A stretch of DNA of 35,308 bases from positions 1-35,308 of IMG/VR virus record IMGVR_UViG_3300048110_000200; one strand, 5' to 3'. This DNA comes from a virus (Duplodnaviria; Caudoviricetes). The position numbers and the translations under genes were made by a program. Positions 1-9,232 of the stretch are shown here, piece after piece. Position 1 is the first letter of the stretch, and each line of letters starts with the position of its first letter. A model generated the notes under the pieces. That model was not told the DNA's origin. It searched no databases and worked only from the letters and a program-made list of their open reading frames with translations.

Positions 1-185
1 ATTGATTTACGGCTTTTAGGTGAATTTTTATTCATGTAGCGTCCAATCCAATCATCAGCATATCCAGCGCCATACATAGCATGAAAAGCTCCATTCGTGA
101 AGGTAAAGCAATCATTCACTCCCCACTGGAACGCATCATCAGGATAATTAGATAGATATGAATTTAATGCTAACCTCTGCCCCAT
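1..185 (-). CDS. Tail tip protein, NlpC/P60-like cysteine peptidase fold (partial, runs off window start)
   Basis: Manual translation from ATG at 185: MGQRLALNSYLSNYPDDAFQWGVNDCFTFTNGAFHAMYGAGYADDWIGRY...; the F-x-WG-x-x-DC motif is typical of tail-associated NlpC/P60-like proteins; follows the hub gene. Not in the ORF track. Confidence 0.7.
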   Translation of the reverse strand, partial: MGQRLALNSYLSNYPDDAFQWGVNDCFTFTNGAFHAMYGAGYADDWIGRYMNKNSPKSRKS

Positions 186-766
186 TGTACTGTTTTATCC
201 TGTATTGCTTGAACATATGAGAAGAAAGTATCCTCTGGATATCTTGATTTGTGGTTTTCTTCAGCATAGCGCCATCCACTTGATCTCTCAAGTTCCAACA
301 AATTGCTTTCAACTGACATCTGTATAGTACTGGTCTCACCGCTATCCTGAATAGTCATTTTATTCATTTTTCCAGCGAATACTTGAACAACATTACTGAC
401 GCTTTCTTCTCCAAAGTACAAATTGAAAGGGCGGCGTTGATATGGCTCTTGTAATGCTATAGATAATGTTTCCGAATATATACCTGATAAACTTACTGAT
501 AAAGATTTTGCGGATAAATCATTCACCTCGTCCAAGCCGCCAATATTTAATAACTGTCCAGTTCCAACAAAGGTCTGATCTACACCTTGAACTTCAATTA
601 CTCTATTACCTACACCCGTCCAAAGACGCATAGGTGCTACATTAAATGGGTCGCCATTAATGTCTGTTACAGTTTGTGTATCAAACATAAACTCGCAAGC
701 AAAAAATGGCTCAATCTCTGAACCTGTCAGAGCAGTCAATAGTGCGGATGAAATATCTCTGCTCAT
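170..766 (-). CDS. Minor tail / baseplate hub protein
   Basis: 198 aa with RLWTG, F-x-G-x-M, S-x-E-S-x-L and C-terminal YPEDTFFSYV...WG, the pattern of siphophage hub proteins; lies after the distal tail gene. Confidence 0.7.
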   Translation of the reverse strand: MSRDISSALLTALTGSEIEPFFACEFMFDTQTVTDINGDPFNVAPMRLWTGVGNRVIEVQGVDQTFVGTGQLLNIGGLDEVNDLSAKSLSVSLSGIYSETLSIALQEPYQRRPFNLYFGEESVSNVVQVFAGKMNKMTIQDSGETSTIQMSVESNLLELERSSGWRYAEENHKSRYPEDTFFSYVQAIQDKTVQWGRG

Positions 767-1359
767 AAAACCTCACTACAAGTAAAAGTAATGCCATAAT
801 TACTTAGTTGGTCAGCTGTCCATCGCATATTATTGTCGTCCATTCTGAAAACACCTTGAGGAGAAACAAACACAACCGCAGTAGATGTTGTAATTGCAGT
901 CTTTAGAGGCGGCTGAATTGTTACAATTCCATCCCCTGTGTTATCATCAACAACCATATGTAATCTTGCATTTGCGCCTGTAGAAAACTGCAAATAACTT
1001 CCTTGGCTTATTTTTTTACCTGAACCAAGTGTAAGGTCTACAGATGTATCTCCAATCGCGGCGGCGGCGGCTACACTTATAGAGCTTGGAGGAATGCCCC
1101 CTGTAATTGCTTTTCCGTCAGGGTCTCCCAGAAGAAAGGTATTTGCCCTACCTTCACACTGCATAAAAAAAGCTTGCCATAAACGCGCCTGATCTCGCTT
1201 CATAGGCGGTAAAGTAAGCGTAGCTGACCATTTGGCCTTTGCGTACTTATGAACCTGTGATGCTCCTGTAAATGGGCTTTCAGACAATGCTACGGAGCGA
1301 GTTATTCCCCAATCAGAAGTTACAAAGGCTGGACTTGTTGGCATAGTTATAAGTGTCAT
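763..1359 (-). CDS. Distal tail protein (Dit-like)
   Basis: SPFTG..Q, W-x-A-x-L-x-LPP, GRANTF and terminal F-x-C-x-E-x-L motifs; immediately after tape measure. Confidence 0.7.
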   Translation of the reverse strand: MTLITMPTSPAFVTSDWGITRSVALSESPFTGASQVHKYAKAKWSATLTLPPMKRDQARLWQAFFMQCEGRANTFLLGDPDGKAITGGIPPSSISVAAAAAIGDTSVDLTLGSGKKISQGSYLQFSTGANARLHMVVDDNTGDGIVTIQPPLKTAITTSTAVVFVSPQGVFRMDDNNMRWTADQLSNYGITFTCSEVL

Positions 1360-1363
1360 TTAT

Positions 1364-3499
1364 TTACCCCATTGAAGCTCCAAAAGCACCGCCGCGTCTT
1401 TTTGCATCGGCAATACTCATCATAGTTTCTTGTTTAATTCTCGGCAATAGAGTGTTCATTTCTTCCCGTACAGTTTGTGAAACCCCTGCGCTTACATTAA
1501 TTACTTGGTTAATTATAGTTCCCTTACCGCTACTCATAGCATTTTTTGTATTGTGATGATTTAATACTGTAGATGCAGATTTAGGAACAATTAATTCAGC
1601 ACCGCGCTCACCAACTATTTGTGGTTGCCCAGCACTAAGACTACCACCACTAGCAGAATTTCCTATTTTACCTATAAAGTCACCAACGGGACCGCCTAGA
1701 GCATCTCCAATACCACCAAACATACCTGATAACGCTTTTTTTATGATATATGTTTTTATTGCTTCTCTAACCATTTCTCTCATTGTATTTTTGAAAGTAT
1801 CTTTGAGTGTATCTAAATTAAATTTACCACTCATTGCCATATCAGCTAAATCATTAGTCATTTTGTCAAAGGCTTGACTAGCCATATCGTGAAATTTTGC
1901 ATAGATGGGGTTTAGCATTTCCATTTGATGTGCTAAATCTGCTAACGAACTACTCATTTGTTGCGCGCTTATATCTCCATTATTAAATGCGTTCATAACA
2001 TCAATAGCATTTTGTCTTATTTGATTTTGCTGTTCTAACAATGGCTCTGCAATACTTATACCATTTGCAATGCTTTCATTATGTTTATCTTTTAATTCCT
2101 TTTGCTCTTTTGCATCTGCAATCATTTGTTGAGATTGTGCTATTATTTCACGATTGTTTGCGAGTTCTATTAATTGACCCTTCATATCTTCCATAGAAAG
2201 TTTTGGAAATTGACTCTTTATGTTAAAAATATCTTGAGCCATTGCATGTGCTTCTATATCAAATTTTGATTTAGTTTGATTTGCTTTGACTTCTAATCTT
2301 GTTATTTCATTGATCTGTTCTTGTTTTTCTTCTAACAAAGATATTGCTTTTCTTTGTGCAATTAGGTCTTTATCCTCTACTTTTTTTTCTGGCTTTAATG
2401 AGTCTGTTGTTCTCTGTCTTTTTAAATCATCAATGTTTAAATCTCTTTGCAACTTCATTAATAACTTTTTTTGCTCCATTATTTCATTTGCAATAACTCG
2501 CATATTTTCTAAAGTACCAGAATCATTACCAAATTTTTCGTAGCCACTGCCATTATCAGCGTCTGCTTGAGTTGCTATAGAGTCATTAAGTTTATCAAAT
2601 TTTGCTTCAAGTAATATAATTTCACTTTTTGTTTTTTTAATTGCTTTGTCTAAAGGCATTTCTATAATACCCATATTTTGCAAAAAATTCTTTGTAGCGG
2701 CTGTAGCCATTTTTAAAGCCTGTATTACTTTTACTAATGATGGCAAAAATATATCACCAAGTGCACCAGCTAATTCTGAAAATTCAGCTTTTAAGCCTCT
2801 CATAGAGTTTGCATAACTATCAGCAGTTCGCAATGCATCCCCTTGTGCGTCTGCAACTCCAGCAGTTATAAGATTTAATCTAGCTTGTACTTTTTGTGCA
2901 TTTGTAGCTTCTCTTGTACCACCTTTTATACCCATAGTAAGCAATTCTTGCTTTAGCGTTGCTTCAGTAATAACAACCCCAAAACGCCTTACTGTTTCAT
3001 GATTTCCGACCAAAGCACTTTGAAAAGCTTCCATTGTAGCTGTATCAGATGCATTATTAAAAGACGCTGTATCAACTGCAAGTTTAGTAAGTTCTACTGA
3101 TAATTTTGCCGCTTCGCCACGAGCAAAGCCCATTGGAACAAAAGTATCTTGAATTTTAGAAGCCATTCCTTCTAATTCATGCGTTGATCGACCAACAGCA
3201 TCACCAAAAGCTTCTAATTCTGATACAACGCCTTGCCTAAACTTTCCAAAGACAACTTTGGATTTACCTTCCATTTCTTCAATATCTGATGAAAGGTTTA
3301 TCATTGCTTTACCAGCAATAAAAGCTTGCCTAACCACAACACCAACAGCAATAAGCTTAAATGCACCACCTAATTTTTTAAATGATGCACTTGCTTTGTT
3401 TGTGGTTCTTTGAACATCGCGCTCAACTTTTCTCAAGCCGCGTCTAAGGTCAGACATATCAGCTTCAATGCGAACTAGGAGTGTGTCTACAGTACTCAT
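1364..3499 (-). CDS. Tail tape measure protein
   Basis: 711 aa, helical and Ala-rich, N-terminal L-x-VRIEAD, C-terminal GG...VGERGAELIVP; follows the tail chaperones. Confidence 0.93.
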   Translation of the reverse strand: MSTVDTLLVRIEADMSDLRRGLRKVERDVQRTTNKASASFKKLGGAFKLIAVGVVVRQAFIAGKAMINLSSDIEEMEGKSKVVFGKFRQGVVSELEAFGDAVGRSTHELEGMASKIQDTFVPMGFARGEAAKLSVELTKLAVDTASFNNASDTATMEAFQSALVGNHETVRRFGVVITEATLKQELLTMGIKGGTREATNAQKVQARLNLITAGVADAQGDALRTADSYANSMRGLKAEFSELAGALGDIFLPSLVKVIQALKMATAATKNFLQNMGIIEMPLDKAIKKTKSEIILLEAKFDKLNDSIATQADADNGSGYEKFGNDSGTLENMRVIANEIMEQKKLLMKLQRDLNIDDLKRQRTTDSLKPEKKVEDKDLIAQRKAISLLEEKQEQINEITRLEVKANQTKSKFDIEAHAMAQDIFNIKSQFPKLSMEDMKGQLIELANNREIIAQSQQMIADAKEQKELKDKHNESIANGISIAEPLLEQQNQIRQNAIDVMNAFNNGDISAQQMSSSLADLAHQMEMLNPIYAKFHDMASQAFDKMTNDLADMAMSGKFNLDTLKDTFKNTMREMVREAIKTYIIKKALSGMFGGIGDALGGPVGDFIGKIGNSASGGSLSAGQPQIVGERGAELIVPKSASTVLNHHNTKNAMSSGKGTIINQVINVSAGVSQTVREEMNTLLPRIKQETMMSIADAKRRGGAFGASMG

Positions 3500-3726
3500 T
3501 AGTCAGGATACCTTTCCATCATGTCGTCTAACTCTGGTTTTCCAAGAGGCGGCGATGTTCCTCCAGAATGAAAATCAGCAAATCCATTTAGTGCGGCGTT
3601 AAACTCTATCATGCTCATGTCCCAGAAATCTTTTGGTCTCATTTGCATTTTCCCTAGTGCGATTTTCATATAATCGTCCCAAGGAAATTCGTATGACGTT
3701 ACACTGTCGCCTCTTTTAAGTTTCCC
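3499..3726 (-). CDS. Tail assembly chaperone C-terminal extension (gpGT-like, -1 frameshift frame)
   Basis: The -1 frame from G GGA AAC (3720-3726) is open to TAA at 3499-3501: ...FPWDDYMKIALGKMQMRPKDFWDMSMIEFNAALNGF...LDDMMERYPD. The P-x-x-FW and MERYPD motifs match GTA-type chaperones. Not in the ORF track. Confidence 0.85.
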   Translation of the reverse strand, partial: GKLKRGDSVTSYEFPWDDYMKIALGKMQMRPKDFWDMSMIEFNAALNGFADFHSGGTSPPLGKPELDDMMERYPD

Positions 3727-4040
3727 TCATCTTGCCCACCGCCCAATGAGACTGATAAAATTTCTCCTACTGCCTTCATAGCATCAGCTAAACCAGCATC
3801 CCAAACAGAACTTTGAATATCTTTTATGGTAACATCGTTTCCACCAGCCCTAATAATCGGCAATAAAATATTACACATTTGGCTGGTAGTAAGGTCGCCA
3901 TCAGATAATTTTTGCAAAACTTTTAAAATACCTGTACCACAAGCATCTTCAATTTTTGCTAGTCCGTCCATTGTTACTCTGGAGTTCCACGTCTTTTCCC
4001 CCAGACTTATCTTCATTTCGCCCTTTTTTGGATTTGTCAT
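3699..4040 (-). CDS. Tail assembly chaperone (GTA gp10-like)
   Basis: MTNPKKGE start, LAKIED motif, position between tail tube and tape measure, slippery heptamer at the 3' end. Confidence 0.85.
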   Translation of the reverse strand: MTNPKKGEMKISLGEKTWNSRVTMDGLAKIEDACGTGILKVLQKLSDGDLTTSQMCNILLPIIRAGGNDVTIKDIQSSVWDAGLADAMKAVGEILSVSLGGGQDEGNLKEATV

Positions 4041-4245
4041 TCTTGACCTCTTTCGCGTTTATTAAAAATATTTCGTTTCTTTGTGCTACATCTATAGCTT
4101 CTGTAACTTCCCAAACTACTGAACCCACCTTGAAGGTGTTTCCAACTTCAAGGCTTGAGGAGCAAGGTATTGAGAAGGTTGAGCCTTGAGCATGGCAAAC
4201 ATAATTTTCACCATCTATATTAACAGTAAGTGTTTCCCAAGCCAT
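3949..4245 (-). CDS. Hypothetical protein
   Basis: 98 aa with AAGGAG RBS directly after the tail tube stop; 3' end overlaps the chaperone gene by 92 nt. Confidence 0.6.
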   Translation of the reverse strand: MAWETLTVNIDGENYVCHAQGSTFSIPCSSSLEVGNTFKVGSVVWEVTEAIDVAQRNEIFLINAKEVKNDKSKKGRNEDKSGGKDVELQSNNGRTSKN

Positions 4246-4257
4246 GCTTAGTCTCCT

Positions 4258-4683
4258 TTATGCGGCTGTAAAGGCGAATGCACCACTGTTTTCAAGTGTT
4301 ACTGAATATGTAGCTTCGCCATTATGTTCACCAGTATATTCTAGCGATGCAACCATGAATTTTCCTTTGTATGTACCAAAATCAGGTATAACAATTTCAA
4401 AATTTGCAAAGTTTGCACCTCCAAAAGCATTTTTAAGCGTTGTTTCTGAAGCCGCATCTGTAAATACGCCAGAACCAGAGACAGAACACGTTTGTATCCC
4501 ACCATTTGCCAAGAGTTCACGAACTCCAGAGCTATCTTTAGTTGTTACATCAACTGCTTCATCATTCATACTAATACCAGTAGAACGTAAACCGCCAACT
4601 GTTGTGTATGTATCTGAAGCTGGTGCCGCAGTAGCATCTGCGCCAATTTTTAGTAGTAGGGCTGAACCTTTTTGAGCCGCCAT
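4258..4683 (-). CDS. Major tail (tube) protein, TP901-1/GTA family
   Basis: MAAQKG-x-x-LLLK, GGLR, VDVT-x-KDS, SGSGVF, IPDFGT, LEY-x-G-x-HNGEATYS signatures. Confidence 0.95.
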   Translation of the reverse strand: MAAQKGSALLLKIGADATAAPASDTYTTVGGLRSTGISMNDEAVDVTTKDSSGVRELLANGGIQTCSVSGSGVFTDAASETTLKNAFGGANFANFEIVIPDFGTYKGKFMVASLEYTGEHNGEATYSVTLENSGAFAFTAA

Positions 4684-4695
4684 GATTTATACTCC

Positions 4696-5100
4696 TTAGT
4701 TATCAAACACTACAGCGCGAAACCTCATAACTCCGTGCCGTGTAATTCCGTCTTGTTCCTCTAATGTATTACTAAACTCCTGTCTAATATTAACCAAAGA
4801 GGCTCCTGTTACTGTTATAGCAGTATTATGAAGCTTTTCATAGACCGATTGCATTATCTCTTTAATTTCTCGTCTGCCTCTATATTGAGACCATGCGTGA
4901 AGTGTAAGAGTATGTTCAACCCCATCTAATGTTTTTGTATCATTATTAATTGCTGTTTCTTCGCCAATAACGACATATGGATATACAGAACCCTCTGGAA
5001 CATCATCATACACAGGTACATTTGCACTACCTATACCAGATACATTTCCATTTAATGCTGTAAAAATTGCTTTTTGTAATTCCCAAGAATGCAAAGACAT
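4696..5100 (-). CDS. Tail terminator / completion protein (DUF3168-like)
   Basis: LQKAIF, VYDDVP, YPYVVIGE, HTLTLHAWS, HGVMRFRA motifs. Confidence 0.9.
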   Translation of the reverse strand: MSLHSWELQKAIFTALNGNVSGIGSANVPVYDDVPEGSVYPYVVIGEETAINNDTKTLDGVEHTLTLHAWSQYRGRREIKEIMQSVYEKLHNTAITVTGASLVNIRQEFSNTLEEQDGITRHGVMRFRAVVFDN

Positions 5101-5510
5101 TAAACACCCCTTGCTTTTATTTTGCGATACATAGATTTTATTTTAGGTCTATTTTCTTCTAATGCTGGTTGCATAAACGGCCTTGCTCTCATTTTGCTTG
5201 TGCCAAACTCTAAATATTCAGAATAATCTGCGCGACTTTCTACATCACAACCCAATTTATCTGTATCATATATTGCGAATATATTACTTGCTAAAAACCC
5301 AGTATCAGTATTTGGCGGCTGTCCTTCTGCGGATGCAGTATGGCTTCCGTATGTTCTGCCACCACTACTTGAGGATTGTATAGATTTAACTGCTGTATTT
5401 CGAACTATTTGACCAGCCATAGATATAACTTGCTGTGTAAGCTTGTTGTATTGACTATCTGCTGACCTATATTTTTTTGTTCGCCTTGCTACTCGAAATT
5501 TGATGCTCAT
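5100..5510 (-). CDS. HK97 gp10-like neck/tail component
   Basis: HTASAEGQPP-x-x-DTG-x-L and YLEFGTSKMRARPFMQPALE. Confidence 0.9.
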   Translation of the reverse strand: MSIKFRVARRTKKYRSADSQYNKLTQQVISMAGQIVRNTAVKSIQSSSSGGRTYGSHTASAEGQPPNTDTGFLASNIFAIYDTDKLGCDVESRADYSEYLEFGTSKMRARPFMQPALEENRPKIKSMYRKIKARGV

Positions 5511-5857
5511 GTTGCAATCCCCTCAATACAGGTAATTTCAAGATATTTATTTTTATTATCTACATTCACAACGCTTTGAATATTAAATATTCTAGTTTCT
5601 TGTTTGCCTGAATTAATAAATTCATACATTATTCTATCTGCAAAGCTTAAATTTTTTCTAAATCTTATTTTAATTACGTGAGTAGTTGGTTGCTCAATTT
5701 GGTCGCCAAATAATCTTTTGTTACCAGATTTTGTTGTAATAGCACCGTAAACAGTAGCAAATGTAGTCCAAGCAGTAATTGCATTAGAGCCGCCACCATC
5801 AGATGCAACAGTTTTTTTCTGCAATTGCAATCTGTGACGCATTCTTCCTACTGACAT
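5507..5857 (-). CDS. Head closure / head-tail adaptor protein (SPP1 gp16-like)
   Basis: GRMRHRL-x-LQ, DGGG, W-x-x-FATV, THVIKIR, FNI-x-SV motifs. Confidence 0.9.
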   Translation of the reverse strand: MSVGRMRHRLQLQKKTVASDGGGSNAITAWTTFATVYGAITTKSGNKRLFGDQIEQPTTHVIKIRFRKNLSFADRIMYEFINSGKQETRIFNIQSVVNVDNKNKYLEITCIEGIAT

Positions 5858-6531
5858 TATGAAATCCCAGACGTAATAACTGAATTATAAGGCGTAGAAC
5901 CAAATCTTAAAATTCTATACGGGTCGAGTAGTGCCGACAAAGTAGATGGAGGTTGCGGAGCAACACTTCCCTCAAAGTCTCCACGATTTTCATAAAGGAA
6001 AGTCACATATTGTAAAATTGCAAGTCTGATTGCTTCAGGAACACTAGAACCATTTGTTCCATATCCCACAGTAAAGTTTATCTCAAGACCATTAAAAGTT
6101 CTCATGTCAGTTGGGTATGTGCCACCGTCCCTTAAAACAATCCTAGCTGGCTCTGAATAAGTATCAACATAGTAATTTGAAGCTGCCCAAAGGTTCTGTG
6201 TATCATCATCAGAGTAATACTTAATGCTTTCAACCGAAATAACAGGATTTGCCGCAAGCTCAATATGGCTTGATAGAGGCCTACTGTAGTGTCCGGTACG
6301 CATACCCTCCCAAAGAGGCGTATCAAGCTCACGCGCCCCATCCAGCATCATCTGACACGTTCTACTGATAAAGAACCTATTAGTGTAATTTTCAGCCCAA
6401 TCAGTACCAGCCTGAATATAGCTTCGCACTTGGCTATCATCCACATCATCATCAAGTCGTAGGTGTTGACGCGCCTCAATTCTGCTAACAGGCGTTATAG
6501 CTGGATTAGCAATAATTTTTAAACCACTCAT
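5857..6531 (-). CDS. Head-tail connector protein (gp6/gp15-like)
   Basis: PVS-x-x-EA-x-x-HLR, AENYTNR, F-x-x-GYG, VPEAIRLAIL, YENRGD, LL-x-PYR. Confidence 0.9.
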   Translation of the reverse strand: MSGLKIIANPAITPVSRIEARQHLRLDDDVDDSQVRSYIQAGTDWAENYTNRFFISRTCQMMLDGARELDTPLWEGMRTGHYSRPLSSHIELAANPVISVESIKYYSDDDTQNLWAASNYYVDTYSEPARIVLRDGGTYPTDMRTFNGLEINFTVGYGTNGSSVPEAIRLAILQYVTFLYENRGDFEGSVAPQPPSTLSALLDPYRILRFGSTPYNSVITSGIS

Positions 6532-6550
6532 TCGCCTGTCTCCGTTTTAA

Positions 6551-6877
6551 TTATATATTTATTTTCTTATTGTTAACTTTAGATTTTTTTGGCTTTTTTG
6601 GGGATTTTCCACCCACCCAAGCTTCATTTACATCAGGTGTAGATGGGTCATCAGCTTTTAATTTTCCTGATGCAGTTCTAGCTCTAACTGCTTTTGTTTC
6701 TGTTGGATTAGCGTTTCCGCCTATCTCATAAGCTACGCCCATATCAACGAAGCTTTTAAAAATTTCTTCTTGCCACTTACCTTGTGACTTATACTCTTTA
6801 CCGATTTCGAATGTTGCTGTCTCCGCACCATCTTCTCTAGTAATTCCAATTTGCGATTTACTCATAGTAATTTTCAT
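6551..6877 (-). CDS. Hypothetical basic protein after capsid gene
   Basis: 108 aa, AAGGGAG RBS, RAR-x-x-x-G-x-x-x-ADDPSTPDVNEAW motif and Lys-rich tail. Confidence 0.75.
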   Translation of the reverse strand: MKITMSKSQIGITREDGAETATFEIGKEYKSQGKWQEEIFKSFVDMGVAYEIGGNANPTETKAVRARTASGKLKADDPSTPDVNEAWVGGKSPKKPKKSKVNNKKINI

Positions 6878-6894
6878 TTGGGTGCTCCCTTATT

Positions 6895-6920
6895 GAAAGT
6901 TGGGGGGCGTTAACCCCCCG
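6895..6920 (-). terminator. Stem-loop after major capsid gene (probable partial terminator)
   Basis: GGGGGG-CGTTAA-CCCCCC at 6902-6919, 8 nt after the capsid stop; the U-tract is weak (AACUUUC). Confidence 0.6.
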
Positions 6921-6927
6921 ACCATTA

Positions 6928-8151
6928 TTATGATGTAGCGTGTTTAAGAACGCGCATTGCTTCTGCCAATACAACTTCACCACCAACACGGCGACGAGCT
7001 AGATAACGGACGTTACCAACTTGTGCTTGTGAGTATGGGTCACGAAGAACTGATAAAGCTACACGATCAACAATCATATATCCGCGACGGAAGTCACCGA
7101 AGAATACTGATTTTGCACCAGAAGCCGCATCAGCAACATCAGGACACTCAAGATATGGTGAACCTAAGATTGTGTTTGGCAAGCCAGACTGACCAGAGAA
7201 ACCAGTTTGGAAGATGTACTGACCAGCAGTATCTTTCAATTTACGGATTGCACCTAGTGTTGAGCGATTAAGCATGAATGTAGCATTGTTTGCATAATCT
7301 GTTTTAAGATCATGTACCAAATCCATTAGGTTATCTGTTGTGATAGCCGCTGTCGCCGCACCTGTAGCTGTGTGTGCTACTGTTGTGCCATCAGCAATAC
7401 CTGTTGGTTTGTTTGTGCCATTACCAGAAATAAACGCCGCGCCTTCTGCTTTTGCAAACTGTTCAGCAAATTCTTGGTTCATTTCAGCTTCAAGATTGAA
7501 AACACTATCTTCAAGTAACATACCAGAAATATCCACTCTCGCGTATAATTCATGTGTTGGGATAGTATTTAAAGAAGTTGTGTAACCAGTTGTCTCTGCA
7601 CGAGTACCAGTTTCAGCAGTCCAAGCCGCCGCAAATGTTGCAGTTTTGCTAGGAACTTCAATTTCTTTATTTGAAGTTTGACGAACACGAGCAACAGAAC
7701 GTACAGGAGAAATCTCAGTAATTACTTTGATTAACTCATTTACATACTCAGCTGGTGCTAGATTACCAGCAGTAGCCGCAGTGCCAACAGTCAAAGCTTT
7801 CACTTCTTCTGGTGCCATGTTTTGCTCACCTTTACGCATAAAGCTGTCCCAAGCTTTTAGGGATAAATCAACTTCTTTAGCTTCCATCATGTTAGCTGGA
7901 CGCTTTAGCATTGTTTCGATTTCATTTAACTTTGCTTCGAAACCTTCAGCGTGCTTTTGCTGTTGTGTCAAATTTTGGTTAATGTCCTCAAATTTGTCCA
8001 TATCTGCTTCGATACGAGCAAGTTTAGCTTCAGTTTCGCCATCAGCAGAACCTTTAGCTTCGATTTGAGCCAAACGATCATCATTTACTTTTTTGAATTC
8101 TTCAAAAGCACCTGACATCGCTTCTACGGCTGTTTTTACTTGATCTTCCAT
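6928..8151 (-). CDS. Major capsid protein, HK97 family
   Basis: 407 aa, coiled-coil delta domain, AFISGNGTNKPTG, IRKLKD-x-x-GQY, FGDFRRGY-x-IVDR, RDPYS, RRVGG. Confidence 0.97.
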   Translation of the reverse strand: MEDQVKTAVEAMSGAFEEFKKVNDDRLAQIEAKGSADGETEAKLARIEADMDKFEDINQNLTQQQKHAEGFEAKLNEIETMLKRPANMMEAKEVDLSLKAWDSFMRKGEQNMAPEEVKALTVGTAATAGNLAPAEYVNELIKVITEISPVRSVARVRQTSNKEIEVPSKTATFAAAWTAETGTRAETTGYTTSLNTIPTHELYARVDISGMLLEDSVFNLEAEMNQEFAEQFAKAEGAAFISGNGTNKPTGIADGTTVAHTATGAATAAITTDNLMDLVHDLKTDYANNATFMLNRSTLGAIRKLKDTAGQYIFQTGFSGQSGLPNTILGSPYLECPDVADAASGAKSVFFGDFRRGYMIVDRVALSVLRDPYSQAQVGNVRYLARRRVGGEVVLAEAMRVLKHATS

Positions 8152-8169
8152 TTGGTAGACCCTTTCCGT

Positions 8170-8886
8170 TTAAGTTTTAAGGATGTTGGTAAGGCTGTTT
8201 AGAGCCTCAAGGACTTTAGGCGTTTCCTCTTTTACAGCATCCCGCTGTTCAAGTGCCTTGGAAACAGCATTTGCCGCCGCCTTTGCTTCATTGCGTGATA
8301 GGCTTCCTTCATCCCGAAAGAATGTTTCCCATTCACGCACCGAGCGTTCTGTGCCTTTTACCGCTTGAACCCTTGCGCGTGGGTTCATTGGAAAAGTAAC
8401 AGCAGAAATTTCCATTAAATCAACTGATTTAAGTCTGCGAGTTTTGCCCTTCTCGTCGTAATCGACATATTTAGGCTCTACACGGTATCCTATAGACAAT
8501 CCATCAAGTGCGCCCATCTTCATGAGTTCATGCACCTCACGGCCTCTCTGTGTGCCCATAGCAAGCCGACCTTTGACCTTTAAGCCACGATCATCTTCAA
8601 TTATTTCATCGAATACACCAATAGGCTCGTCTGATTTATGTTGATATAATAATTTAACGGCTTTCGCGCCTTTGCGTCCGATTGATTTAGCAAACGCACC
8701 CTTTTCAATAATATCGCCACCTAAGTCTTTATTACCAAAAATAGACCCATATCCAGAAAATTCACCTTCATTTTCTTCGTTATCTTGTGCCTTAATTTCA
8801 AAAGATACATCAACGCGGCCATCTTCAAATTTAGTTTCAAGACCAGAGGGTGTTATCTCTTGGTCAATTTGGTTTGCGTCATCCAT
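8170..8886 (-). CDS. Prohead maturation protease, HK97 family
   Basis: FSGYGSIF, LYQH, PIG, GLSIGY, EISAVTFPMN. Confidence 0.96.
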   Translation of the reverse strand: MDDANQIDQEITPSGLETKFEDGRVDVSFEIKAQDNEENEGEFSGYGSIFGNKDLGGDIIEKGAFAKSIGRKGAKAVKLLYQHKSDEPIGVFDEIIEDDRGLKVKGRLAMGTQRGREVHELMKMGALDGLSIGYRVEPKYVDYDEKGKTRRLKSVDLMEISAVTFPMNPRARVQAVKGTERSVREWETFFRDEGSLSRNEAKAAANAVSKALEQRDAVKEETPKVLEALNSLTNILKT

Positions 8887-9040
8887 ACTCTGACCTCTTT
8901 ACTTTCGTTTAAGCTGTTAACATCACCTGATATTTTAACTCATTCTTTAAATAGTTTAAATCATCTAAATTAAACTTTGAAACATATATAACACATTTAT
9001 AGAGTATTTTGAATGGTTTGTTAATCCCTTATAAAAAATG

Positions 9041-9232
9041 TTAATAAATAGCCTCTACACCAATTCGTACAGGGATTAAGGGTGTATTATTATCTATAGC
9101 TTCGTTAAGCTTTTCTAATTTATCGAAAGTATTACCAAAAGTTCTATTAATTATTGGCTCATGTCCAAATTTATCTATATATTCTTTTAACGCATCATCA
9201 TAAATTTTATTAAAGTTAAATTTTTCAACCAT
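9041..9232 (-). CDS. Small hypothetical protein (possible partner/immunity protein of the MuF C-terminal domain)
   Basis: 63 aa; start overlaps the MuF stop. Function inferred from position only. Confidence 0.55.
   Translation of the reverse strand: MVEKFNFNKIYDDALKEYIDKFGHEPIINRTFGNTFDKLEKLNEAIDNNTPLIPVRIGVEAIY

Noticed and set aside
1-8886. Gene transfer agent cluster
   Set aside because: Structural genes are GTA-like, but replication, recombination, lysis and many early genes are present and no host genes flank them; this is a phage.
1353-8973. Plus-strand ORFs antisense to structural genes (e.g. 4244..4675, 6957..7271, 7727..8068)
   Set aside because: Shadow frames of well-supported minus-strand genes, with no RBS or motifs.
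8930-8975. CtrA boxes (TTAA-N7-TTAA) here and near 11287 and 22633
   Set aside because: The spacings I counted were 5, 8 or 10 nt rather than 7, and TTAA is frequent in such AT-rich DNA.
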